DNA of 64,000 nt, from positions 744,001-808,000 of the forward strand of contig JAUFOQ010000001.1 in NCBI GenBank assembly GCA_040285855.1, in the 5' to 3' direction. Within the stretch, counting starts at the first letter, position 1, and each line of letters opens with the position of its first letter. Below the pieces are notes generated by a model. That model did not search any database and was not told the DNA's origin. It saw only the letters and a program-made list of their open reading frames with translations. Origin of the DNA: Eukaryota sp. GEM-RC1. Its lineage: Eukaryota. This document shows positions 40,065-50,303 of the stretch, piece by piece. The position numbers and the translations under genes are program-made.

Positions 40065-40616
40065 CTAGCTAAGGAGGATAATCCGTGAAAACATATCAGC
40101 TAGAGCATTTGGAAGAAATGTGGGCTTACTCACATGAGGTAAATATCGATCGTGATCAGAGAGTTGTTGGATTATCCACTTTATAGCCAACATATAAGTC
40201 TTTTGATAACAACAAATAAATCCGTTGCGTTCAGAAGAAAAAGAATGATGAAGAAGAGATGATTGTTCAAAAGACTTGGAATATATGATACCATACTCTT
40301 GAGGATTGTCCAAAGCAACAAAACTAAGAAAAGGACTAAAGATTGGAGCATTTTGAACCATAGAATCACGTTGTGTCAAAGTTGACTTCGGTTGTTGACT
40401 GAGACGTTTTGACAGCCAGGAAGTCGCAGAAATATGTGTTTTATGCGTAGAGATAACGAAAGAATGAGGAAGACGTTCTTTTGCAGCATCGAAACGATGA
40501 GAGAATGTCGTGAATATGAAGCTATCACAACTACACCGAAAGTGCAGACAAGCGAACTGGAAGTGAAAGCTAGATACTGTGGATAAGTACGAACATCCAT
40601 GGAAAGGAAGAAACAA
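40065..40616 (-). CDS. Island orphan protein, possibly two divergent RNase H1-N/Cauli_VI-like domains
   Basis: Homologue at 22347-22883; two ~50-aa units ending in A..W[LI]. The domain call is speculative. Confidence 0.55.
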   Translation of the reverse strand: MFLPFHGCSYLSTVSSFHFQFACLHFRCSCDSFIFTTFSHRFDAAKERLPHSFVISTHKTHISATSWLSKRLSQQPKSTLTQRDSMVQNAPIFSPFLSFVALDNPQEYGIIYSKSFEQSSLLHHSFSSERNGFICCYQKTYMLAIKWIIQQLSDHDRYLPHVSKPTFLPNALADMFSRIILLS

Positions 40617-40877
40617 AACAAAAAACAGAAGAGGAGTTAACAGAGATTTTTTTTCCTTAACCCAATGACAAATAACTCAAACCAAGAGCCCAGTAAGAAA
40701 CAATGCAGAAAGTCTACCAGAACAACAGTAACTACACGGGATGTTGTTGTGCGCAGACCAGAAAGTACTCAGACATTAGAGTTTGCTTAATATATTCATT
40801 AATTAAAGTCAAAGGTTTTAAATTCCGCCACAGAACCGAAGAAATATGGCAGATTCAGTCCACTGTGGAAGAGTAAA

Positions 40878-41570
40878 GTGACCGAGCTGAACTCCATTGA
40901 GAAGGCAATGCAAGTGCTGCACCGCAGGGCAGCTGAACGAGAGTGGAGTGTCAGCTGTACCGTAGCATCCTACAACGGTGATTACGTTGCAAATGCAGTC
41001 TCCACTCCAGTTAATGTTGGGCCAGTGGTCATGCAGAATGCTGTTTTTACGGAACACTTCTTTGACACAGAAACTAAAGACCACTTACTTGACAGGGCAT
41101 TCGATGACCCTGATTCTCTAAAACGCTTATGGAAGGCAACTTCCGCTAAAGTGCAAAATCCATCTGGGATTGACCCTTCCATTGCAGAACCCTCCGCTGA
41201 CCACTTAGAAAATGCTTCCATTACAGAACCCTCCGCAGACCACTTAGTAAATGAAGCTGAAGCTAATCATTTAGCAGCGAAACTAAAGAAATTGCCCACT
41301 ACTAAGGTTGTCCTGATCAAAGTAGACGACGTTTGGCGTCCTGCTGTCAATGGTAGCTATGTCGGTTATCATATGGACGAGTATGTTATGCTCCCAAGTT
41401 CATATGAGCTAACAGTACAAGAGGCAGGAATTAAACCACCAACGCTAATTGAAGAACACAAGGTTGAGGACACAAAACCGTGGACCGACTTGCATGAAGT
41501 TGAACTTGCAGGAACACTTCATTATCAGTGGATGAACAACAAGTGGAGAGGTATATATAACTTTCAATAA
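40878..41570 (+). CDS. Island orphan protein (frame open back to ~40803; probable upstream exon)
   Basis: 230-aa ORF with internal duplicate SIxEPSADHL; homologue at 23103-23725. Confidence 0.65.
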   Translation: MTELNSIEKAMQVLHRRAAEREWSVSCTVASYNGDYVANAVSTPVNVGPVVMQNAVFTEHFFDTETKDHLLDRAFDDPDSLKRLWKATSAKVQNPSGIDPSIAEPSADHLENASITEPSADHLVNEAEANHLAAKLKKLPTTKVVLIKVDDVWRPAVNGSYVGYHMDEYVMLPSSYELTVQEAGIKPPTLIEEHKVEDTKPWTDLHEVELAGTLHYQWMNNKWRGIYNFQ

Positions 41571-41583
41571 ATTATTCAAATTT

Positions 41584-42996
41584 TTATTCTGAACCATCAA
41601 CAAAGAATTCATTATAATATTCGTCGATATGTGAGCTGACAAAAATATCTCTATGGGAACAGATTGCTCCTACTTCAGCCAGAAGCAGTTTAGACTGTGA
41701 AAATGCAGTAGGTATATCTGTTAAAATATAACCAACTTCAGGAATCTGAGCATTAAAATCAGGTAAGGCGCCAATTCCTTCTTCAAGATATTTTCCTAAG
41801 AAATCTTTCATTTCTTGGTTGCATTGAACGAAGGTTTTAAGCTGATTAAACTGGTGAACCGGAGACAACCTTGCCACAGTTTCATTGAGCATGTTTTTAC
41901 GCTTGTTGATAAAAAACGTGAACCACTTATGACTCATAGATGTACCCGACTTACGCATAGCTGTAGCGAAAGCAATAGGTGCCTGATAGGTACACATATG
42001 AGCTAGAAGCACATATTTTTGACCATGATGTACATGATCGATGGTGTTTGCGTAAACATGAACGCCCAAAGAGCTCACATCATGTTCACATGATTCGTAC
42101 ACCGATGACAAGTGCTCCACAGTGTCATATATTGATTTAAATAGATCAATTTTGGCAACTTGATCACTTGCCGTCAGTACTGATAAGAAAGTATTAGGAT
42201 GCACTACTGACGGAGAGTTAGTATCCTCAATTTCGCTCAATAGCGTTCGGGCCAAATTTTTAATGGGAGTAATACTCCACAGATCATTGACGTTAGGAAG
42301 TTTAAGTCATATGTCCACATGTCTGATATCAGAATAAGCCTGCATGTTGGTCTTTTTTTGCCCACTTGAAAAAACTTCTCCATGGCTAAAGGCTGATACG
42401 ATGATTACTCTTAAATGGTTTGCAGGAAGAAAATAGGGAGGGCATGTGAGAAAGCAACCAAGTGGAGAGCAAAGATTGTTGATGTAAGTGGCCTTCCATT
42501 CAGGGATCGACTTTCGGGTTATCTCCATGTAGATATTGTGTTGACCCTGATAGCCTCGGAATTTAGCATCGGCAGAAGTCTTGACATAAATGTTCGGTGT
42601 AGTTCGAATAAGAGATGACGGATTTTTGAAACCCATTAAAGCGCTCGCAAAGATGCGTTGAAGTGTTAGTGGCTCATTTTCGTCGGCATGACTGTTATAG
42701 ACAAAGATACATCGTGGACCGGCAGTGGTACGGGGACGCAAATGTTGGCATTCGGATATAATCGCTTGCCGATTATCCTTGAAAAAATCTTGTTTGACAA
42801 TTGTTTTTGGATTGGTATACAGGAGAGTCGCATATTCTCTAATCTTCTTCGCAAGTTCTTCGTCGATTTCAACTTCGTCATCGTCGTCTTGTTGGCGTAC
42901 TTGTTTTCTGACACGAGAAGAACGTGTCGAGCGACGGACAGCATTGGTACTAGACAGTTGGACCTCAGGTACATCAGAACTAGGCTGTTCGGACAT
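41584..42996 (-). CDS. Degenerate CRESS-Rep-like SF3 helicase-domain protein; a single in-frame TGA at 42307-42309 separates two co-linear ORFs
   Basis: IYVKTSADAKFRGYQGQHNIYMEI..YINNLCSP..RVIIVSA aligns by eye to circovirus Rep YWK..KWWDGYHGEEVVVIDD..LLRLCDRYP..ILITSN. ORFs 42307-42996 and 41584-42255 are in the same frame with only one stop between them. Confidence 0.6.
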
Positions 42997-43352
42997 GAGA
43001 AAGAGATGATAAAAGAAATTTCACTGAAAGGGTATAGAGAAAAAAAATCACGCTTAACCCTTAAGGATGATTTTTTAACGTTAACACTTTTTCTCTACCA
43101 GACTACACGCCACATGATCGTGATCATACATGTGCATCCAGATGACTGTTAGTCGTTGTTTGCTCTTACAACTCACCAGTTGTTTACTTATAATTTGATA
43201 GTTTTCCCTTGTTGAACCAGAAATGTTAGCGAATAAATTTCTTCCTTAACCATTTGCATACACATCTGCCCACTTCTGATCATTTTAATGATGTTGGCAT
43301 TGTTGAGGACGCTGATTCTGAGATACATGAAAAGTTTCAGCTGTATGTGTTA

Positions 43353-45155
43353 TGACCTTGACCTCAGGGTCACTCAACAAAATCATCGTTTCTTCACTCT
43401 AACATGTGTTTTTCACCATTTACATACTTATACATGAGTTCTATATACATATGCAAAAGGTGATATATCAAGAACTTAAGATTCTGATAAATTTCTCTCT
43501 TTACTATACAGACTAAATGTAAAATACATATAGACTATATGAGAACATCAGATATAACTCCAAATCTTAAGTTCCTGAACTATCAGCTTTCAACAACTTG
43601 CTACAGACTATTTTTGGGTGTTCCTTGTATCAAAGATTTGGTCTAACAACACTGTGAAAAGTGGTCATTTGAGCTGCAAATACGTACCAGTGCAGTTATT
43701 TATCTACTTCTTCTTATTTGGGTGGAATATAAACCACCAATTTGTGATTCGGAAAAAAGTTAATTGAAGAATTGATATGATCTACAAATTTGAAATTTTA
43801 CAATTTCTTAAAGTGAACTATGTAACCATTTGAGTTTTAATTATACTTGGTTCATCAGCAATAGGACGCTAATAGTGTGCATTGCTTGGTTATTTTTAAG
43901 TGTGTGACATATTTCTATTCAGGAACATATAACTCATATATTCTTTGTGACCTTGACCTCAGGGTCACTCAACAAAATCATCGTTTCTTCACTCTAACAT
44001 GTGTTTTTCACCATTTACATACTTATACATGAGTTCTATATACATATGCAAAAGGTGATATATCAAGAACTTAAGATTCTGATAAATTTCTCTCTTTACT
44101 ATACAGACTAAATGTAAAATACATATAGACTATATGAGAACATCAGATATAACTCCAAATCTTAAGTTCCTGAACTATCAGCTTTCAACAACTTGCTACA
44201 GACTATTTTTGGGTGTTCCTTGTATCAAAGATTTGGTCTAACAACACTGTGAAAAGTGGTCATTTGAGCTGCAAATACGTACCAGTGCAGTTATTTATCT
44301 ACTTCTTCTTATTTGGGTGGAATATAAACCACCAATTTGTGATTCGGAAAAAAGTTAATTGAAGAATTGATATGATCTACAAATTTGAAATTTTACAATT
44401 TCTTAAAGTGAACTATGTAACCATTTGAGTTTTAATTATACTTGGTTCATCAGCAATAGGACGCTAATAGTGTGCATTGCTTGGTTATTTTAAGTGTGTG
44501 ACATATTTCTATTCAGGAACATATAACTCATATATTCTTTGTGACCTTGACCTCAGGGTCACTCAACAAAATCATCGTTTCTTCACTCTAACATGTGTTT
44601 TTCACCATTTACATACTTATACATGAGTTCTATATACATATGCAAAAGGTGATATATCAAGAACTTAAGATTCTGATAAATTTCTCTCTTTACTATACAG
44701 ACTAAATGTAAAATACATATAGACTATATGAGAACATCAGATATCACTCCAAATCTTAAGTTCCTGAACTATCAGCTTTCAACAACTTACTACAGACTAT
44801 TTTTGGGTGTTCCTTGTATCAAAGATTTGGTCTAACAACACTGTGAAAAGTGGTCATTTGAGCTGCAAATACGTACCAGTGCAGTTATTTATCTACTTCT
44901 TCTTATTTGGGTGGAATATAAACCACAAATTTGTGATTCGGAAAAAGTTAATTGAAGAATTGATATGATCTACAAATTTGAAATTTTACAATTTCTTAAA
45001 GTGAACTATGTAACCATTTGAGTTTTAATTATACTTGGTTCATCAGCAATAGGACGCTAATAGTGTGCATTGCTTGGTTATTTTTAAGTGTGTGACATAT
45101 TTCTATTCAGGAACATATAACTCATTTATTCTTTGTGACCTTGACCTCAGGGTCA
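43353..45155. repeat. Three tandem ~595-bp near-identical non-coding units delimited by four TGACCTTGACCTCAGGGTCA sites
   Basis: Sites start at 43353, 43948, 44542 and 45136 (periods 595, 594, 594). Confidence 0.95.
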
Positions 45156-45812
45156 TTTGACTTCCACTTCTAACCAATACCCTTTGAGACTTGTCCCTTT
45201 GAGACTTGTCTGGCTGAAGAACTTACAAACCTTATCTCTCTATCCCATTGTTAAATGGGTGCCAAATCCCGACGTGGTTATCTTACAGCCGGTAAAAAAC
45301 CACGTAGACTGTTTATGATAAGACAACTAAGACTGCTGGAGAACAAAATAGTACGTGGACTACAACGTGAAAGACCTTATCTTCAAATGTTTCACAGTCC
45401 CATACTACACATGTCTTTCATTCAAGAGGAAGATGTTTTCAATTATAACTGTTGTACCAGGGCAATCGATTTCAGACCTCACACGTTCCTCTGATCATGC
45501 CATACATTTAGACACATTGTCACATTTGGAAAAAAAGACAAACTTGAAACTGCAGAGCATGAGCGTTGAGTGCAATATATGTAATTATAATCATAAAGAA
45601 CAGTAAAAGATTGATCAGAAGAGATTATATGGCTACAACAACTAAAACTGCTAGAAGTATCAGTATCATTATAAAATCTATGTACAAGGTAGTTGCTTTC
45701 ATACTGAAGTCATGTAGTCCGGTAAAGACAAAGTGTTATCGATAAAAAATCATCTTCAACTGTTAAGCGTGATTTATTTTCACTATACCATTTTTAGGGA
45801 GATATGATTTTA

Positions 45813-46030
45813 CTGGCCTTGACCTCCGGGTCACTTAACTGAGTGGCCTTGACCTCCGGGTCACTTACTTTAAAAATGAGTGACCTTGACCTCCGGGTCA
45901 CTTACTTTAAAAATGAGTGACCTTGACCTCCGGGTCACTTACTTTAAAAATGAGTGACCTTGACCTCCGGGTCACTTACTTCCAAAATGAGTGACCTTGA
46001 CCTCCGGGTCACTTACTTTAAAAATGAGTA
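45813..46030. repeat. 37-bp tandem array of imperfect palindromic (lox-like) sites, 5 full units plus 1 partial
   Basis: gtgaccttgacctccgggtcacttactttaaaaatga at 45843, 45880, 45917, 45954 and 45991; shortened unit at 45813. Confidence 0.95.
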
Positions 46031-46060
46031 AATCCCTAAAATTTATTAGATTTAAAACAT

Positions 46061-46893
46061 TCAACAATTAAACGCCTGTTCAATTCCAGTAAAATCACCC
46101 ATGTCACGCGCAGCTTCAGCTATACCTTCTCCAATATAGGTAAGAGTTGTGGTACCACTCAAATGACTTAACATTTTCTTCAACGTATCCAAACGTGCTG
46201 GTTTTTCATGAGCCGGGCCACCAAATTGCCAGTAATGGTATGCAAATGTTTTCCTCATAGTATGAGTCGAAAATTTCTTCAGTCTTAACGATCTACCAAC
46301 TTCTTTGAAAACTCTAATAACAGTTTTAACACACAGAGGCTGTCGGCAGCCTAACTTCTTTTTCTCGAGTAGAATAAATAATCATTCGGAGCGACATTTG
46401 CTGCATCACAATACTCTTGCACTACAACTTTAAGCCAAAGGGAGACTTTACGGGTGACTGTAGCATTTACCCAATGTTTTGATTTTCGTTTCTTCTTTTC
46501 TTTTATAATTAAGAATGTTGCAGTTATACTGTTCTCTTTAAAATCTTTTAATCGTAACGTCAACAAATCAGAAATTCTGAGACCAAGAGCACATCCAATT
46601 TTCCAAATAGCACCATTTCGCTTTCCATTTATTCCAGGTGTCAACGCAAGAAATTCATTGTATATAACGTCAATCATATTGGGATCTTTGATTGGAGACA
46701 TTCCCTTGTGCAACTGTTCGATGCTAATATCCAAAGTACCATGATAGTTTTCATTTTGGGCTAATGAATAAGCTTGATCATCATCACAATCAGAGAAAAA
46801 AACACATTCGTCAGATGATGTTTCATCGGCATCTGATTCAATTTCAGACATGGGAATGGGATGAGGATAGGCAAAAGGGTCGTTAGAGGACAT
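46061..46893 (-). CDS. Tyrosine recombinase (phage-integrase family), one -1 frameshift in an A5 run at ~46360
   Basis: GLRISDLLTL (R), IKEKK (K), STHTMRKTFAYH (HxxR), MLSH..TTLTYIG (H, Y). Adding one A joins YLFYSR to KKKLGCRQPL..FSTHTMRK. Confidence 0.9.
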
Positions 46894-46917
46894 TGTGAGA
46901 TGATGTATGAAAAGTAA

Positions 46918-46961
46918 AATCTGAATGTGAACTTTGTTATAACAAAGTTCACATTCAGATT
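46918..46961. promoter_or_regulatory. Perfect 44-bp palindrome between divergent YR and orphan genes
   Basis: aatctgaatgtgaactttgtta|taacaaagttcacattcagatt is seen directly; its function is inferred. Confidence 0.7.
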
Positions 46962-46992
46962 CCTTCCAACTCCAACTTTTTCACAACCCTAT

Positions 46993-48159
46993 ATGAAACA
47001 TGTTAGAAAAGAAGCTATGATTAGGAAGAAGGCTCATGATAGGCACATTGTCACCACAATTAACACTTTGAGGAAGAGTGTTGTCCTCATGAAAGAAAAC
47101 TGTCCTTATGAACATGACGTTCATAGTTGCATTGGACTAGCTGATGGGTCTCTACGTCAGATAATAGGTGTGCCATTTAACCCTTGCCGGGCAACAGTGA
47201 GTGTGTATTCTTGGTATGATCCCCAATCATTGAAGTTTGCTGAAAAAAAATACCATTTCCCATCATGGATTTTGGAAAATGATATGGATGATGGTGAGCC
47301 AATCATTTTAAAAATATTGCACGATGATCTGTTCGGCCTAAGTACCCGAACGTGGCTTTTCTACTCTTTGCTGGTCGAATCTGCAGCCAACTTGACCCAT
47401 TACATTGCCTGTAATGTTCGTTGTGTAACTGCTGTGGCTGTCGATCTCCCTGCCGCACGCCAATTCCCCCCAGCCGTGAAAAAGAAACTGGACGATCACC
47501 AAAAGCCAAGCAGGGCATCACTGTATGAACTAAACCTAGCCCGCTCAAAGAAATTGGCTCTGAAGCGAAGCTGTTTCAGCCGGAACAGCAGTGTGAGCGA
47601 ATGTGATGTCAAGTTCTCTTACAGCACTGAGCATCCATGGAGTGACACTGAAGAGTGTGGATGCGATTTCCAATGGACGAACCTGGATGGGGAACTCGGT
47701 TGGATCAAAACTCAATGGAATGTGCTCACAACACAGGCTCCGAACTTTGATTCTTGGTCAAAGCAGTTGTTGTATTTGTTCCGTTTAACTTATACAATGG
47801 AATGGCTGTGGGTATTATACCTTACAGCAGATGGTGAATTGCAGTTCTTCCCAAATTTTGAGGAACTGAATGCGTTTTTGGGCACAACTCATTGCCAAGA
47901 CAATTTGGTTTCGGCTCGATTTGTGCTCAACCAACAACTTTATGAACGTTGGAAAGACCCTTCTGCTGACTCTGCTCCTGCAGTTCCTCAAACGAATTCT
48001 GCAGATATCATTCGTACTGGCTATGAAGAACCTCTTGAAGAAACAATATTGATTGAAGAGCCAGAATCCCAACAGGAGTTTAAAACTCAGACTGTAACAT
48101 TTACAGGAAGAAGTTTATTCAAAAAGAAGAAAAAGACGATAAATAAATTCAGTGTTTAA
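46993..48159 (+). CDS. Island orphan protein (~388 aa), divergent from YR
   Basis: Long uninterrupted ORF, first ATG at 46993; decayed homologue at 33060-33371. Confidence 0.75.
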   Translation: MKHVRKEAMIRKKAHDRHIVTTINTLRKSVVLMKENCPYEHDVHSCIGLADGSLRQIIGVPFNPCRATVSVYSWYDPQSLKFAEKKYHFPSWILENDMDDGEPIILKILHDDLFGLSTRTWLFYSLLVESAANLTHYIACNVRCVTAVAVDLPAARQFPPAVKKKLDDHQKPSRASLYELNLARSKKLALKRSCFSRNSSVSECDVKFSYSTEHPWSDTEECGCDFQWTNLDGELGWIKTQWNVLTTQAPNFDSWSKQLLYLFRLTYTMEWLWVLYLTADGELQFFPNFEELNAFLGTTHCQDNLVSARFVLNQQLYERWKDPSADSAPAVPQTNSADIIRTGYEEPLEETILIEEPESQQEFKTQTVTFTGRSLFKKKKKTINKFSV

Positions 48160-48222
48160 TTGTTGTATTAAAAAACATTATAAGAAAACAAATTAATAAA
48201 TCAAATATTATATAATCAGTAT

Positions 48223-50231
48223 TTATTCTTTGTCTTCAGGCTTTATGAATTCGATTACTGTGGCCATAAACGACCCCTTAAAAGTTTTTTCATCTACTGC
48301 CACATACATTAAAGAAGGATCCCAACAGCTGCCTTTGATATTGAATGTTTCAACACATTCTTTGTGAGCTAAAATATTGGCAAAACACGTGGAAAGAGAA
48401 TTTAAGTCAGAGTCCGGATTCTCTCTACCTACAACAGAATACTGAGGGATTTCTTTAGATCTGTCAAGCACAGCTAAAATTAGAGGCAAATCTTGTTTGT
48501 CGAAACTTACAGCTCGATGAGAATACCAGGACTGAAGAAAGTGAGCGAGATAAAGTAAATTGAAAGGAAGAGTAAAATCTAATTCAGAAGGAATGCATTC
48601 AAAAATAAAAAGACGAAAGAATTGAGTTAGTTGTGCCAATTTTTCATTTAAGATTCTACGGGCAATCTTTGATATCTCTGTGATACTGGCAATAGTATCA
48701 TCGAGATAAGTTTTAAATTGATCCTCATCAGGAACTTTGAACAATTTTGAAACCAGAGAGAATGTGGAAAGCTTTTGTCTTTTATATTGATCCTCATAAG
48801 GAACTTTGAACATCTTTGAATCCAGAATGGATGTGGACAGATTTTCCCTTTTCCATTCATTTGAGCATGTAATAGAACATGTACAACATCAGAAGACGAA
48901 ATGGGAAATCTACCAGAACGTTTAAGAAAGAATTCTGAATGTGTGAAGTTTGGCAAAGAGAAAATTTTTACAGACTCAGGCCAGAAGTTGTCAAAGTTGG
49001 ATCGTTGATCTTCGGTCATATGAATAAAAAGAGTGTCATAGCTGAGTAGAGTGACACCAATTTTAGCCAACATGGTAGCCACAAGGGTTCTTCCAGTATC
49101 TTTATGGAGAGCCAATTTAGCAGCAAATAGAGGAGTATTTTCGAGAGCAGTTTTTAAGGAGCAAAAGGACAAGAAGTTGAATACGTAGTGTTGACTTGAG
49201 TTTGTTTTACTACAAATAGCAAATTGGGGGTCTGGAGTACGGCCTTGATCGCGTTCATCAATAATCCACTGCTGATGTTCTCTATCAGTAGTGTCAAATA
49301 ATTTTGTAATTCTGAAAAATAATAATCCCAATCAACCTGAGGGCAACGATTTAAGATTTGATGCTCCCTAGTTCCAAGAGCAGCAGCCCAAACTTCAACA
49401 GGAGTCTTCCTTTCAGAAAGGTACTTACATAAAAGCAGCGAAGTAGGTGTTCCAAATGACATTGGCAGTTCATAATAAGTTTGAACAAATCCAGCTTTCA
49501 AAAAACATCGATGATGGGTAAGCAACCGCACACGGATACCGTTTTCTTGTTCAATATAGACTTTTGGTAATCTCGGACGTTTTGCGGGAGGCGGCTGAAG
49601 TGGACAATCAGAATCAGATGGAGCATTAAGTGCGGCATCAAAGTTGTCTTTAGCTGGATCATAAAATTGATACAGCTCAGAAACATGCTGTGGAATATAA
49701 TAAAACTCTTCCAGGTCAGACTCTGCATCAGTAGTATCCTCTGAAGTAAGGGACAGCTTACGAGTCAGCTCATTAATTTGATTCTCAATTGAAAATTGAT
49801 CATCATCAACAATGATGATTTGTTTTTCTTCCTTCACATTGATTAGATTCACAGGACGATTGGAATCAAGAACGATCATCTTGACTTGAGGATGCGGTTT
49901 CAGCAGCTGGCGCAACCTCAATCCTCCTCCACAGTTGACAAAAATACTGTCTGCAGCCACGGACCTCCACATTCTGGGTTGCATTGAATTCTGAAATGAC
50001 GCAGAATATCTTCAGTTGAGGCAACAGAGACAACAACAAATTGAATACCGTCTGAGTGAAGTCTTTTCTGAAGTAAGACACTATGTTACGATAACATACT
50101 TCGAGAATGGAAGATGCACATAATGAATCAACACCAGGTGCAACCAAAATCAAGACAGAAATTGCATTCACATGGTGTGTGTTCTTGATCTGTTCATAGA
50201 TGAAGGGAATACGTTCGCTCTGGATCAACAT
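48223..50231 (-). CDS. CDC45: Cdc45 replication-initiation/CMG helicase subunit, full length; one 32-nt intron and three apparent single-base frameshifts
   Basis: VLILVAPGVDSLCASSIL, VNCGG, VLDSNRPVNLINV, IIIVDD, VWAAALGT, SLKTALENT..LAKIG, SSSDVV, F..PFNLLYL..LPLILA..SVVG: Cdc45 motifs in the correct order from N- to C-terminus. Confidence 0.9.
50068..50099 (-). other. 32-nt spliceosomal intron in CDC45
   Basis: GTATGTTATCGTAACATAGTGTCTTACTTCAG. Removal gives ILE-KRLHSDGIQFVVVSV, matching the Cdc45 consensus. Confidence 0.8.
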
Positions 50232-50243
50232 GGTGAAAGAATA

Positions 50244-50253
50244 TTCCGCCAAA
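50244..50253 (-). promoter_or_regulatory. E2F-like binding motif TTTGGCGGAA in the 72-bp CDC45/E2F bidirectional intergenic region
   Basis: Matches WTTSSCSS, 12 nt upstream of the CDC45 ATG. CCGCC motifs also precede other genes here, so specificity is uncertain. Confidence 0.45.
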
Positions 50254-50303
50254 AAGATTGACTATTATCACAAGCCTGAAACTTGCACGTTTTCAATTTC
50301 CTG

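Noticed and set aside
43540..43645. Protein-coding ORF within the 595-bp unit
   Set aside because: Only ~35 codons here, and the length is not conserved in the 34854-35072 copy.
45813..46030. CRISPR array
   Set aside because: The units are contiguous tandem copies with no unique spacers, there are no cas genes, and the context is eukaryotic.
43353..46030. Nuclear-receptor response elements (AGGTCA direct/inverted repeats)
   Set aside because: The motif matches formally, but nothing here indicates an animal genome. Position next to the YR and at cassette borders explains it better.
46761..46992. Two ORFs both beginning MNFVITKFTFRF on opposite strands
   Set aside because: Artefact of the 44-bp palindrome (GTG starts). 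The real ATGs are at 46893 and 46993.
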